Made by a program: the position numbers and the translations under genes. From the NCBI RefSeq assembly GCF_000150275.1, contig NW_002060943.1, forward strand, positions 6,254,299 through 6,318,298: 64,000 nt of DNA, read 5' to 3'. Shown in pieces: positions 50,588 through 64,000 of the stretch. Source of the stretch: Trichoplax adhaerens (lineage: Eukaryota; Animalia; Placozoa). The notes beneath the pieces were generated by a model that saw only the letters and a program-made list of their open reading frames with translations, did no database searches and had not been told where the DNA came from. Numbering within the stretch: position 1 is the stretch's first letter; the number at the start of each line of letters is the position of its first letter.

Positions 50588-53500
50588 ATGGATGCCACTA
50601 CCCAAAATATTGACATACAATCTACTAATAAAAAGTTAATGACTGATCGTGATGGTGGACAATCGCCAGATGTGAAAAGAGTCCATTCCAATCTTTCGGG
50701 AAGATCAAGTATAGCGGAAGATGCAGAGCCTATTAAGGGACAGGATGAAATTTTATATCCAGAGAATTATGGTAATGATGCTGATCATGCCGAAAATTCT
50801 CAAATTGGATCTCTAATGTTTACTGCCGAAGAATTGTATGCTGTAGAGGACGATGATCTTGCTGAGATGGATATCCAAGATCCATTGCTCCATAAGCAAT
50901 TACGTATTGATGCTATTTTATTAAATGATGAAGAAAATGGAGGTAGTCTCGATAGCGCTAGCGAACCAGCTAGTTCAGAAACGAAGCCAGACAATGTACA
51001 GGATGATGATAATGAAGATTTAGAATTTTTGAATACAATATTACAACTTGAAGATACGGAATTAAAGATGAAATTACATGCATTAAATAGAGGTATGCCA
51101 TCATACTCTAGAAGAAATTCATCACAAGTTGATGGTGCTAATTTCCGAAGTGGTAGCAATCTCAGTGGAAGCAGATTTCCTAGTCGTCGCTCATCTGTCA
51201 TTTCATCAATCACCGGATTTTCAAGTGAAATGTCGACGGTCGTTACAGATACCAGACAAGGTAATGAAGCCATTAACATGTTGTATGTTTCCAGTGCATA
51301 ATTATATCGTATTATAATTTTAATCAAAATTGTTAGCATAATAAAATTATACTAAAACTGTAAAATTGATCCTATACGAGTACATAGTCGAAAAATAATA
51401 ATCATGCGCTTGAACTGATATTTTTTAGTTCTAACTGTTAATTCGACTTCGCTTGTACCTGTCCACGATCTGGAAAATGCTGTGGAATTATTATTAGCTT
51501 CCGAAAGGGGCGATAGCGGTGAAGTAGTGGCCTTATTATTTAAAGATCACATTAATCCTAACGTATGCGGTAATAATAATAGAACACCATTGCACTGTGC
51601 AGCTGGATATGGCCACAAAGAAACAGTCGAGTCTTTATTGCAAGTATGTTTATGATCAGCAGACATGTCGATTAAGATACTGATATAAGCAAAAGGGATA
51701 TTAACCGGCATACCAGTCTATAAGTGTTACTTACTAATAGCCATGTTAGTTTTATGCCATTAAACTAAAATGAGTTACTTTTGAAATGGGCAGGCAAAAG
51801 CATTGGTAGACAGCAAAACCTCTAGTGGTAGAGCTGCTTTACACGAAGCATGCATCGGCGGTCATACACAAGTTGTTGAAGAACTCTTAAGACATGGTGC
51901 TTGTATGGATATTCAAGATGATCAAATGCATACTCCCATGCAGTTGGCAGCTTATAATGGAGAAGCAGACTGTGTAAAAGTATTGTTGGAGAAGGGTGCA
52001 AACGGTAAGCTAAAAAGCCAATACCTTCTGACTACGATACTATTTAAGGATGGCTAATTCTGATTTAGTACGAAAATAGAGAATTCAATTAGGATTACTT
52101 TTGCTAATTGTAACTTCAACGGATAGTACTAAATTTAATACTATTATAACACGTTACCCTACTCCATCTGTAGCTTATATAACAGACAATTTTGGTAGGA
52201 CTGCAGCTCATTTAGCAGCGACTAAGAATCATCCTGACGTGATGGAAGTGTTGATTACTAGTGGAATTAACATCGATAAACGTGATACTGCTGGAAGACA
52301 TCCTGCTCACTTAACTTGCATGCATGGCTCCTATCATGTATTGCAATTGTTGTATAAGTACGACGTGAATTTATATTGCATTGATCGAATTGGTGCCCAA
52401 CCAGCACATTATGCAGCAACGATAAGTAAATTAAATTGCTTAAAGTATTTGGTTGAAATAGCTGGTTGTGATCTCGATATACTCGACAATAATAAGAAAA
52501 CATTAGCTCATATGGTAAGTGAGAGTTACAAGATTATAACATTCGCATGTCGGCAGAAATAATTCAGTAAATGGGAATTAAAAATGGTTTACAATATCTT
52601 GCTGCTTTTAAGCAGTAATAGATTTCCGGATAAGCATAGGCTTCTACTTTGTACTGTATACCTGTATGACTGTTATTAGCTCAAAGATACTGAAGTTTGA
52701 TAATGAAGATTTCATAGTCTTTTTCTAACATCGTTTTAGGAATCGTTTAGGATAATGAAAGCTTTTGCTTTCCATTATTACTTTTAATAATGGAAAAATT
52801 CTTTACGGTTTATTGCTAGCTCTGATAGATTTAAAATAAGGGATAACCTATACTTCCTATTCTATTCAAGATAGTCTTAACAATATATTGCTAGATTTAA
52901 TAGATTCAAGACTGGGATAATTGTTGTGTATTTTCTGGAATAACATTAAAGACTATTCAAGATGAAACATAGTTTTTGCTATTTTATAGCTACCTTATAT
53001 GTAGATTGTAAAAGATTGAAGGAAAAGATCATTTTTCCTTAATGTGATGACTAGCTTAAGAGAGTCAAAAACTTAAGATTAAAAAGAAAAGTCATTGCTT
53101 AATATTACTGACTTTAAGACAGCAAAGGATTGTAGATGATTTTATAGGACTAATATTTAGGCGTTAAAAGATTTAAAGTGTGACATCAATAACGATTTAA
53201 ATGATGATATAGGCTGCTCAAAATGGATCAGTCGAATGTCTTCATTGGCTACTTGAGAAAGGTGCCGATCCTAATGTTACCGATCGTAAGTCTTGTAGAT
53301 GATAAAAGAGTTATTAATCAGGCAGGAATATTTTGATAGTAAAGAAAAATTTTCTTATGGCCTGTCTATTAGGCTTAGGGCAAACTCCAACTCATTTCGC
53401 AGCTTTAGGTGGCCATGCTGAGTGTTTTAACTGTCTATTAAATCATCATGGTGATCATACTGACGTTCGTAACCAAATCGGAGACAATGCAATAGATACT

Positions 53501-54026
53501 GCTCGTCGTGGTGGGCATCCACAAGTAATTACCAAAGCGGGTAATTGGATAATAATGAAATCTAAGCAAGAAAACTTAATTTTCTACAAAATATTCAGTA
53601 CTACAGTGATAGTGTTAGAATGATATTATCCTGCTCGATCTCATTCTAATATTAATAATTTATTCTATTTGTAGTGACGAATAAAATTAGATGTAGTCAG
53701 TGTGTTATTAAAGAGAAGAAATTGAAAGCTATTGAAGATTCTAGGCCTCCACCAGTTATTGCTAATATTTTAGAAAAGCGAACAACGATGTTTGACATGA
53801 AATCATTGAGGTAAGGGCTTAATTTTCTATCTATGTTTATCGTCGAATGGTAATCTCATATTAGGTTTTAATCATATCGGATTAAACATCATCATCACTT
53901 CCATTATTTAGTCCAGAGAAAAAATCAAGCAAGCAGAAAAGTTGTAAATCGTCGCAGTTACATAATAGCCGTAGCAAACACCGGCCACTGGCTGCAAAGT
54001 TTTATGGTCCAAGCTTATTAAATTAA
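50588..54026 (+). CDS. Ankyrin-repeat protein with a long acidic/Ser-rich N-terminus; exons 50588-51260, 51429-51643, 51794-52004, 52174-52514, 53213-53285, 53373-53540, 53675-53810, 53912-54026
   Basis: Phase-consistent exons with ~9-10 ankyrin motifs (RTPLHCAAGYGH, GRAALHEAC, GRTAAHLAA, GQTPTHFAALGGH). C-terminal CSQC and a basic tail. Confidence 0.85.
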
Positions 54027-54533
54027 AATTTTGCAATCTAAATGTATTTATTTGCCAACACTTTATTATTGAATCTGCCTGCCTCTGATGTATGCTTTGC
54101 AAAATACTATCGTTGCTTTTGACTAAGAAAAAAATTTTCAATTTTATATAGACGGATGCTATTGTTTGTCATCTTTAAAAGGTTTTACTTTTAACAGAAA
54201 TGACCATTCAGTAGTTGCCTATAACTACAAATTTATAATTATTTTAATTAGGTAAAATTAAGTGATGTTCAATAAGCGAATTTTAAAGAAGATATTAAAA
54301 TAATAAGACAATTTATTTGATTTATTCTTGCCGTTATTGACAAATTGCTCGTGATATAAATTAAATACGTGGTATATTTCTATTTCTAATCATAATGAGG
54401 GGTTAGGAAATATGAGATGTGAAGTCGAAATATTGGATAACAAATCCGTATTTTAGTGCAGAATCTCGATAATCTTTCCAGTGATTTACTTTACAAACTA
54501 TAATAACGATTTTAATGATGATTACTGCTACGA

Positions 54534-55917
54534 TCACTGGATACTAGGAGGCCAAGGGTTCTCACAGGAAATAGAAATACCCTTTTTATCATAGAAGTAG
54601 GGACCATAATTGCTCCAAAACACTAATATAACTTCAACTGCCTGTATAGTCACAATTCCTCCTGGCATTCGCCAACAACTCGTTTTATAATCTACTCGCA
54701 ATGCACCATAAGGTAATCTGCTACATCTAAAACTGTACAGTACTATACAACATTATTAATACAGTATACTGTAGATAGTGTTAAGTTACATCAGGTAACT
54801 ATCAGAATATAGCAGTACGATTAGAAATACTTATCAATTACTGGTTACGAAAGCAACAAATCCCTTCCCAAGAAACTATTAGTGATGGTAAAATGGCTGA
54901 AGAAGTATTAGCCCTGTTAGAACTCTAAGCCAAGATATCGAATCTTATCCCACATAAGCTAGCTGTTGCTGTCTCTAAATTCCACATGTAGCATCCACAA
55001 TGTTGGGGTAGTTTCATAGTATGTATATTGTTTTACAATATCAAAGTGTTGTACAAAAGAAAATCGTGGCATTAAACCTCTTAAAAAACTGAAAAATCAA
55101 CTGAAGATGCAACCAAACCATCTAAAAACTGTCGAAATACGATTGGATAGTGCGAAATTATTAGTCACTCTTAAACTCTATTCAACTATAACTGCTTGTT
55201 GCTTTCAAAATTTGGTTATATCATAGCTTGGCTCTATTCTTTCTTATACAAAAGGGGCTATAAAGGTGGATGTACAACGAGAATAGACTTTTTGTTTCTG
55301 GATGTAGTTATTCTATTCCTCATTATTCAATGAGTTCTTGCATTTCTAGCCACACTTGGCCGAAAGGATAGCAGGCGTCCATATAAATAAAGAATCCTCC
55401 GAGAAGAGAACCTATCAGCTTGAAGATTCCTCTAGACGACGTGTTGTAATGTAAATAAATCTAGCGCTAATCCACTTCCCTTCTTCTCACTAGAAAGTGC
55501 TTAGGCGGCATATTTTCAGGTGCCAACGCATCAGTTTGGAAAAAACATTTTATCGACAGTTTCCGGTCCATTACCTTTTGATACATAATCATCAACGTTG
55601 CCAACGTCTCTCGCTATTTCTAACGCTGTGTTTTTTCGAGTCTTATTTTTCTATTGAAACAGACTTAGTGTTCTACTAGGATGAAATTATGATAATTTAG
55701 GAGTCATTCAATTAGATCATTTGGTGGATAACATGTTACGAATACAATATTTTAAAAGAAATTTGATTATCAATAATAACATTGTTCTATTCTTATGCAA
55801 AAGTGCCAACTCATCATTTTTCTGTTGAATTAGCCATACATCGAGTTTAATTAACGTTTTGTCAATCCTATTAATGCCATCACTGACATTCTTCAGCTTG
55901 AATTTTACGATCATCAA
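54534..55917 (-). pseudogene. Possible decayed multi-exon gene of unknown family
   Basis: Coding-like segments broken by stops and frameshifts follow good acceptors (ttttcag at ~55089, gttttag at ~54727). The last segment is an open 64-codon frame ending ...SISCENPWPPSIQ*. Confidence 0.3.
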
Positions 55918-56455
55918 CTATACTTCTGCGTTAGAGTGATCGTGTTGATAATTATATCACTTCGTCATACTATCGGCTGGAAACGTTGTATACGATAGTT
56001 TAAATAATCGATTGATTGAATAACCAATTCGATCATTTTAATAACTCCCACACCTATTTTGACGTCAGGCAAAGCAAACAATTTTGGTCTATAACTATTT
56101 CTAATCCAGCAATTGATTAGGCGGTGGACATTCTGTGATCGCATTCGTTGACGGTGGTGAAATCAAAAGGATTGATTTCGATAAGGAAAATTCCCACAAG
56201 ATACAGTAAGATCGATAAAAATGAAATGATACCTTAATAAGGAGATTAGTCAACATCTCTGACGATAGCTAGTCTTAAAAGATACAAATCTTTCTTTGTG
56301 TAAAATAATCTATTCAAGGAGAAATTTATAGCTTATCATGCTTCCGTGATAACCTACTATTTTAGATGTATTACTTTCGCTAACTATTTTGACTACTGAC
56401 TAAGTAAAGGCCTTGTCATGCTTTCATGTAGAACATAAGATAGCCTGTAAGAATC

Positions 56456-59400
56456 ATGGAGAAATCAAGCCACAATGCAGAAGAAATTCAACCTCGTCCA
56501 TACCAATGCGAATTGTTGGACACTGCCTTAAAAAGTAATACGATAGTTTGCTTAAGTACTGGCAGTGGTAAAACTTTTATTGCTGTCATGCTGATAAAAA
56601 GGTTACAACATGAAATATCGGTCATGCCGTTGGAGCAAGGAGGAAAGAAAACATTTTTCTTGGTCAATACAGGTAAAGCAGAAGCTTCTTTTATTTCTAT
56701 AGAGATTAGATAAATCGACGATTGCTACCTCCTCGCACCATTAAGTTAAGGTTTATAGAATTCAACTCTTAAATCATATTTATTATAAAAATGCAGCCAT
56801 ACGGTACTCTAAAGTAGAGTTACCGTAATCTAATTCTATCAATTAGATTGTCCTCGAATATATCCATTTTCACGTTAAATGACTGTAAGATGGATATTTG
56901 CTTCGCCATTGACGATACTTAGAATTGTAGACTGTTTCTCATTCTATCCAATCAAAACTAAAAATTCACATTTCTAACTTAGGCGGCAGTTGTAACAAGC
57001 AATATCAAGTCCATATTTTTTGCCTAGTACGCAAAAATTAAATCTATGATGAATTTAATATGTTTATTGACTCACTAACGGCTAAAAAATTTCTTTAAGT
57101 CATGAACTAAAGCTTGAAATGATTGCACGATACAGGATTTAGATAATCTAAACTATATCGAAATTTTTTAAATATTGCACAAATCTTGTAAGATAAAATG
57201 GAAGTTGTAGATAAATGACTCTTTCACTCACTTACGATGACTAATAAGAATCAACAGCCTATCTGTCATCAATTTCGAATTAAATCTAAAATATCAATCT
57301 AAAATCAACTAGAAGATGTTTGCTTTAGAGCAATAGCAATATAAGGTCTTAATATACTTTCCTACAATTCCATCCGTTAAGATAGCCACCTGATATTGTA
57401 GAATATTTTAAACATTAATTTAGCTGTATCCAATACTTGTCAATTGAAAGACAATCTTTCAATACTTACTGGCGGTTAATATAAAAGGTGCACTTTCTTT
57501 GTAGCCGATACTTTCCTATATCATAATTAGCATGATCATCTTGATTACCTAAGTAAATAAGTAGTCAGACATAATTCGGTATTGATTAAAAGATGCAAAT
57601 CTAATCTCCCCTAATTTATTGTTCAGAAGGTATCAGTAGGATTAGATGTTACTGAATAAAGATGTAAACAATCGCTAAGTATAATGACGGTTAAAACATG
57701 AAAATTTTAACGCAATCCAATAGTTATGATCAGTTTGAGGTGGTACATACTCAAAGAACGGCAATTTAATTCAATTCAATAGTTAAATATGGGATGATTA
57801 GATACTCTGAAATACGGATTTTAAATCTAATTTAATAGTATCGATAAATATGGTATGATTAGCTACTCCGAAATAATAGAGTTTAAATCGAATTCAATAG
57901 TTATACATGGTTAGATATCGTACTCTGAAAAATAGAATTTAAATCTAATTTAATAGTTATAGATGATTGGATATATTATAAAAATAGAAATCTGAATCTA
58001 ATTCAGGAGATAAATACGATATGATAAGGTACTCCGAAACAAGGGAATTTAATCGCATTTAACAGTTATAGATGATTAGATATATCATAAAATAAGGGAA
58101 ATTTCAAGCTATAGTCTGACACGAGACATAAAAATGAAATCTAAACCCGATTCAATAGCTACAGTTGATTCGATGCAGCAATAAGGTGAAAGTTTAAAAT
58201 CTAATCTAATTCAACAGTAGAGGTCAATGGCCTCAGCAAAAAATAAAAATTTAACTCCATTCAATACAGTACTGTAGTTGGAAACGATTATGTACATACT
58301 GTAAAGAAAGAAAACTCAACACTTTTTTATGATTATATATGATTATATACTGTAAAACACGAAAATTGAACTCAAGCAAATCCATTATTAGGCAGGAATA
58401 ACATTACATATTGCAAATATAAAAATAGAACACAATTAAATACTTACCGTAGTAACCAAGCGTAATTAGACGGGATAAAATTAGAACGAGCTTAATTAAT
58501 AATAAGCTTATACTATATATCGTATATAAATATAATTTAATATCTCAAAAATATGAAGATTTAGCTAATTAAATTACTTATTAGATATGAATCATATGAT
58601 TAGATAGCGCAGAAATGAAAATGCAATTTAATGTCTAATAGCCTGATAGAATTAGATACTGAACTACTGAAGATGTTTTAAGTTGGGATATCTTTAGTAT
58701 GCATAACAGCTATATTACATTTCTCTCGATAATATCGAATAAGAAATTTCTCTCTCCTCTTCAATAAACACTGATAGAAATTTGATAGAAAAAAGCGTAA
58801 TAGTGTTCTGAGCCAGGACAATTCCAGCCCAGGGTGAAAAACGCAAATAAAAATTTGTATTCAGTTTACATTAGTCATCACAACCAGCAACTGAAATTAT
58901 CTTAATACTCTAGAATTAAAAGTAGTAAGATTAAAAAGCAATTGATTTATACTTAACATTTTACTAATCATAAAATAAGGTTAAAGTGATTGTCATCCAG
59001 TCATTAGTTTCAATAATAAACTTAGTTACGTATTAGTAGAAAGGACTGTATTTACTATTCTCCCATTTCTGTGTACAAGTATAGTAGACAACCCATTTTA
59101 AGTAGATTTTATCACTGCTATCAAGTGCAATCTTAAACTGGAGCTATCTATCAACAAGAATACAGGGCAGTGCACTAAGGAGTAGTTTACTGATTATTTT
59201 GAGAGCATAACTGCCACTGCTATATGGTTTCCTGTCCAACTGGAAACTATCTGCTCATTGGAATGCAGTGCATCAAGATGTAAACTATGATTAATGCGGT
59301 ATTAAGATCGTCTGATCTACTATCGTGTACACACGAAAGTGCTTATTTTTGTTGACTATCTGATCTATTCTTATATTGTTTTGATTGGAAAATAACCATT

Positions 59401-62400
59401 ATCTCTCATGACTACAAATTGATATTTTAGCATGATGGAAGAGTCCCCAATACCTTTAATGCACAATACTAGTCGAAAATATGTATAAAAACTATAAAAT
59501 CACCCATTCATATTTTATAATCATTAATTTATTTGCTAAAACGGCAGCATTATCGTTAATATCAACTAGATAGGAAAGAGCATAAACTGAATATTCTAGA
59601 AAAGGAAATATTGACGGACATTAATAAATTATAGTATGAGTCAGCAATTAAAGTTGCTCAGACAGCTAACAAATTTTACTAAGTGTAAGCGAACAAAACC
59701 ATAATTTCATTCAAAATTATTCTATTAGTATACTGACCTCATATTAACACATTACTGTTGTTGTTTTTCTATGGGCATACCCAGTTGCATTGGTGAGACA
59801 GCAAAGTAAGGTATTAGAGAAACATACCAATTTAAAAATTGGCAACTATGCTGGCGAAGATGGCGTGGATTTATGGAAACAGCCAAAATGGAAGGAGGAA
59901 CTGGAATCTCATCAAGTTCTGGTCATGACAGCAGCTATCTTACTGCAAATTTTACAACATGGCTACATTAAAGTCAGTCATATTAATTTGCTAATATTCG
60001 ATGAGTGCCATCAAGCTGTAGGTAGGCATGTTTATGCCCAGATTATGCGAGATTATGTCCATACTGAAGATGCAATAAGGCGTCCAATCATATTTGGCCT
60101 TACAGCATCAGTAATTCATGGGAAATGCAAGGAAAGTCAAATTGAGCTCAAGATTAAGCAATTAGAATCATTAATGTTGAGTCGCGTAGCTACCACAACA
60201 TTTCAACAAAATTTATCTAAATATAGTACAAAACCTCAAGAGGATTTAGTCTTTTTTCGTCAATCTGATGTAGATAAATTTGGCTTAAAGTCAAAATTAA
60301 GCTATTTATTGGACGATGTTACCATCCACAAAGAATATTGGAGTAAAAGCCGTGATGAAGAATACCTACATGACTATAATAGGCTTCAATTGCACACTCG
60401 AATTATAGAAAGTGCTCACAAAGATTGTATTTCAGTATACGAAGAGCTAGGTGAGTTTGGTTTGCATATTATGATCAAATCTCTTATTACCCAGTTTGAA
60501 GGTCTAAAAGTTGGTATCAATCGATATGAAATTAAGATATTACAGCTAATCTTGAGAAATTTAAAGCAAATTCAAGAGAATGTTATAGATGTCGATGGTA
60601 GTAATTGGAAATCTGTCTATTCTCATCCCAAGATATTTTTACTTTTAAACGTCTTGCAAAAGTATCAAGCCAATCTAAAGGATAATATCAAGGAATTTTG
60701 CGGTATAATTTTCGTTGAAAAACGTTGCATAGCTACGGTTTTAAGCCAGATATTGAATACCTTAGCGGATTTAATGCCTTCAACGTGGTCATTATTTAAA
60801 TGCGGTTTTGTAATTGGCCATGGTACAAAAGTAAGCTCTAATCAAGTCATGACCAATATGACGAATCGGCAGCAGGCTTGTAACATTAATAAATTTCGCC
60901 AGCATCAGATTAATTTATTAATAGCAACTAATGTTATTGAAGAGGGTATCGACATTCCTAAATGTAACATCGTTATTCGTTTTAACGAAATTAAAACATT
61001 TAGCTCGTATATGCAATCTAAAGGTAGAGCCCGAGCTAAATTGTCTCATTTTATTATCATGATTGACGAAAAGGATAAGAAAATGAAATTAAATCAAATA
61101 CAATATTGGTCTAAGCTTGAACAGTATTTGCAACAACACTGCCATAACAGGGAAGCTGCCAAAGAAATGATTGATTTTCTATCCAATTTAGAATTCGAGT
61201 TATCACCACCTTTCGAAATTAAATCTACTGGGGCTAAGCTAACCGTGCATAATTGTATTCAGCTTTTAAATTGGTTAGTTCAGTATTTAAAGTGGTGCTA
61301 ATGAAGTGATTAGATATATCTAGCGGTTTAATTGTTACTGTAAGGATAAACTCTCCTGTTATAGAAAGATAAATTATTTCTTACACTACCACTGCTAATA
61401 TCTGTAAGAATTAAAATATCATTTTTAATAACTAATATTTTCCTGATTGCTTTCATCAAGGTATTGCAGCTCACTACCAAGAGACATATACACGCCAGCA
61501 TCACCGCTTGTGAAATTTGATGAGTTAGGGCTTGAGAGCTATAGAGCAACTATTACGATGCCTAGTTGCTCACCTCTAACTAGTAGTATTTCGGTGAGAA
61601 TAAGAGATTTTAAGATATACGTACTGTTATTGTATATAGTAGAATTTATCCTCGGTTATCCAGTTAATCAATATTTGAGGTACTATCTTACTCGTCATCG
61701 TTAATTATAGCATGGCTAATAATGATGTTTTAATTTTCTCAATAAACATTAAGATACCTATGTCTCATATCATCATTAGTGTTAGCATAGCATGTAGTCG
61801 CCATTTAAACTGCTAAAGGAAATAAACTTCAAAGCATATGATTTCTAGATCAATTATAGCTTGGCGTTTTTAATCTACTAAACTTTGAACCATCAGTATT
61901 CCGTGCTATCATCAACTCTAGCCGTATAGATGTCTCTTAGTCTGTTAAAGGAATTTAGCTTTAAAATATGCGTTTTCTCGGTGGATTACAACACAACCAA
62001 TTTTTTTCTCCTAAGAGAAATCGAAATTTGAAACACTTCTATTCCATATCCTCCTCAGCTATATTATAGTGTATTATTGTTTGCAGTCTTGCCAAAACCT
62101 CAACCACAATAGTCATTACATTCAATATCATCATTACCTGTCTTATAAAATCATGTTTAAATATTCTATCGTTGTAGTATTATTCCGATAGCATTTTGCT
62201 AACTCGTGTCCATCATTTCTCTTGACTGTTAGGGGCCATATATGAAAAATAAGAAAGCTGCCAAAATGGAAACGGCTTTCATCGTATGCAAAGAATTATA
62301 TAAAATTGGGCAATTTAATGATCATCTTATTCCTGCAAATTATCTCGTAGCAGAGGTATCAAAAGATGATGAAGATATCAATAACGAAAATGAAGACTCT

Positions 62401-64000
62401 AAAGTCAATATTCTTGAGTATGAACGCCACGTAAGTATAAGTAGATATTGCACTCTTCCTGCTAGATTTTCTTTCCAATCTATTCATGAAAGTGTACTTG
62501 GGATATATAAATAGCTGCCAGAAATTTTACAAAATTGCCATCCTCAAGAAAATGAAGCGGTTTCTCTATACCTTTTTTCGCTCCATCCTTCTTATGAAGT
62601 ATACGATAAAAGACAATTTGGTATCATCACGTCAAAGCTATTGCCTCAGGTTCGTCTAAATGATTTGTTACAATAATATTTACTTAAAAATTATTACCTA
62701 AAGTTCTCAAGACCTTTAAATATTGATCGCAGCTTGAAATACTATGAAACTTTTTAAGATGTACTGTAGAGTTAGCCAATTCAATGGATTATTTACTCTC
62801 TATCTCTCAATAAAAAATATATCGCACATAATGATTTGATGCAATTTATGGCTTGTTTACATATCAAAACTACGTACACCGACTATGCTAGCTACCTGAA
62901 CAAATCTTAAGACACATAAAATAATTGAAATTTATTATTTAGCCTTCTATTTCATCCATCAGGCCTAGAAATCGAAATTTGACATTAGTGTGAAAATGGA
63001 TAATTTGAATTTTAACTGTGATAAATTGACTATCAAAGTAAATGATGATTGCTATATTGTATATCAACCACCTCAGAATCTACCGGAAGATAGCATATAG
63101 TGTAATTATAAATCCTTAGAGCTGTTCTTAAAGCATTTTCCTTAATTAATGGTTCATTCTAGATATATAAAATTCAATTTTAGCCATGTAAGAAATTTAG
63201 ATCAGGGAAATCATCTTCTAGATTGTTATCTATAAAAATAAAAATGATCGCAATTTTTAATTCATTTCAGCTGCCGTCCTTTTCTCTTTATACACCATAT
63301 GGCGAGACGAAGATATCGATAAGACTTTGTTCTTCGACGAAGTATATTAATCACCAAGACATGCTCAAAATCCATCGATTCAATCGTACTATGGCAAAGT
63401 CTGTCTTTGCTTTCCATAATGACTCCCTTCAATTCGAAGCTAGCAACAGTTATTCTGGATATTTAGTGGTACCGATTAGGAGCGAAACCAGCCCAATTGA
63501 GGATCGATGGTAAGTGTTGCTGAAGTTAGAGAATAATTTAACCCCTTGTTTTCTATTTAAGCTATTCGTTTTTATAATACCATGCCAATAAAAGATCTAA
63601 TGCACCTATTAGCAAATTTAGCTTTTAATTAATTTTACTCTAACTGTAAGTAAAAACGATGATATACGCGTGTAAGCTGTAATGATAGAGAAAATATACC
63701 ATATCTTATATCATGCTTCGAGGAATTATACTTAGTTCCTTCTATGGCAAACTAGATTACTAGGGTATATCGAATTTATTTTTCTAAAATTCTAATAAAT
63801 GTCTAGTTTAGTTTGTAACATCGAACCTAGTGCATAGTTGCTTAAAATATGGTAGAAATTCCTAGTTAAATAAGACTGGTAATCGTTGTCCGGACTCTGT
63901 CTAAGTACGTCAATTAATCAACTCGCAAATAGTTATTTTTTCGCTTAAATTGGCATTATTTTTTGCGCTTAGGGAAGGAGATATTGACTACGACTTTCTC
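56456..64000 (+). CDS. Dicer endoribonuclease, 5' portion (DExD/H helicase, DUF283, start of platform); exons 56456-56672, 59785-61273, 61461-61593, 62233-62430, 62515-62649, 63271-63509, 63973->64000; continues beyond the window
   Basis: PRPYQCELL...NTIVCLSTGSGKTFIA (Walker A), LIFDECH, GLTAS, GIIFVEKR, LLIATNVIEEGIDIPKCN, SYMQSKGRARA, DUF283 (NWYCSSLPRD...KKAAKMETAFIVCKELYKIG) and later IDYDFL. Confidence 0.93.
57700..58400. repeat. Old, degenerate ~55-60-bp minisatellite in Dicer intron 1
   Basis: Recurring tttaaatctaatt(c/t)aatagtta...atgattagata...tactc.gaaa units. Confidence 0.65.

Noticed and set aside
50800-51339. 179-aa minus-strand ORF
   Set aside because: Antisense shadow of the acidic exon 1 of the ankyrin gene, with no recognisable motifs.
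59588-59602. Perfect HSE in Dicer intron 1
   Set aside because: It is 3 kb from the start and about one such motif is expected by chance in this AT-rich window.

Overview
AT-rich, gene-dense eukaryotic (animal) DNA with short GT-AG introns. The overall style suggests a placozoan such as Trichoplax, which is an inference and not verified. Genes read from the sequence, left to right: two tandemly duplicated ZIP8/ZIP14-type (SLC39A, LIV-1) metal transporter genes (left copy runs off the window), an intronless ER hexose-6-phosphate dehydrogenase (H6PD), three intronless PM20D2-like M20 amidohydrolase paralogs, MRI1, Hikeshi/OPI10, an intronless mPR-class PAQR receptor, a multi-exon ORP9/10/11-type oxysterol-binding protein, an ankyrin-repeat protein, and the 5' part of a Dicer with an intact helicase (runs off the right end). 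Non-genic features are a decayed hAT-like transposase carrying a 141-bp array, a 17-copy 43-bp palindromic minisatellite just upstream of PAQR, a self-complementary GTACT/GTACA tract, several local duplications and two long hairpins. The most interesting unexplained signals are (i) an orphan exon encoding a RIM/Piccolo-like Rab-binding helix that could splice in frame onto the ORP PH domain and (ii) a 73-nt pre-miRNA-like hairpin with G-U pairs. No tRNA, rRNA or CRISPR array was recognised. Exon boundaries were inferred by eye.
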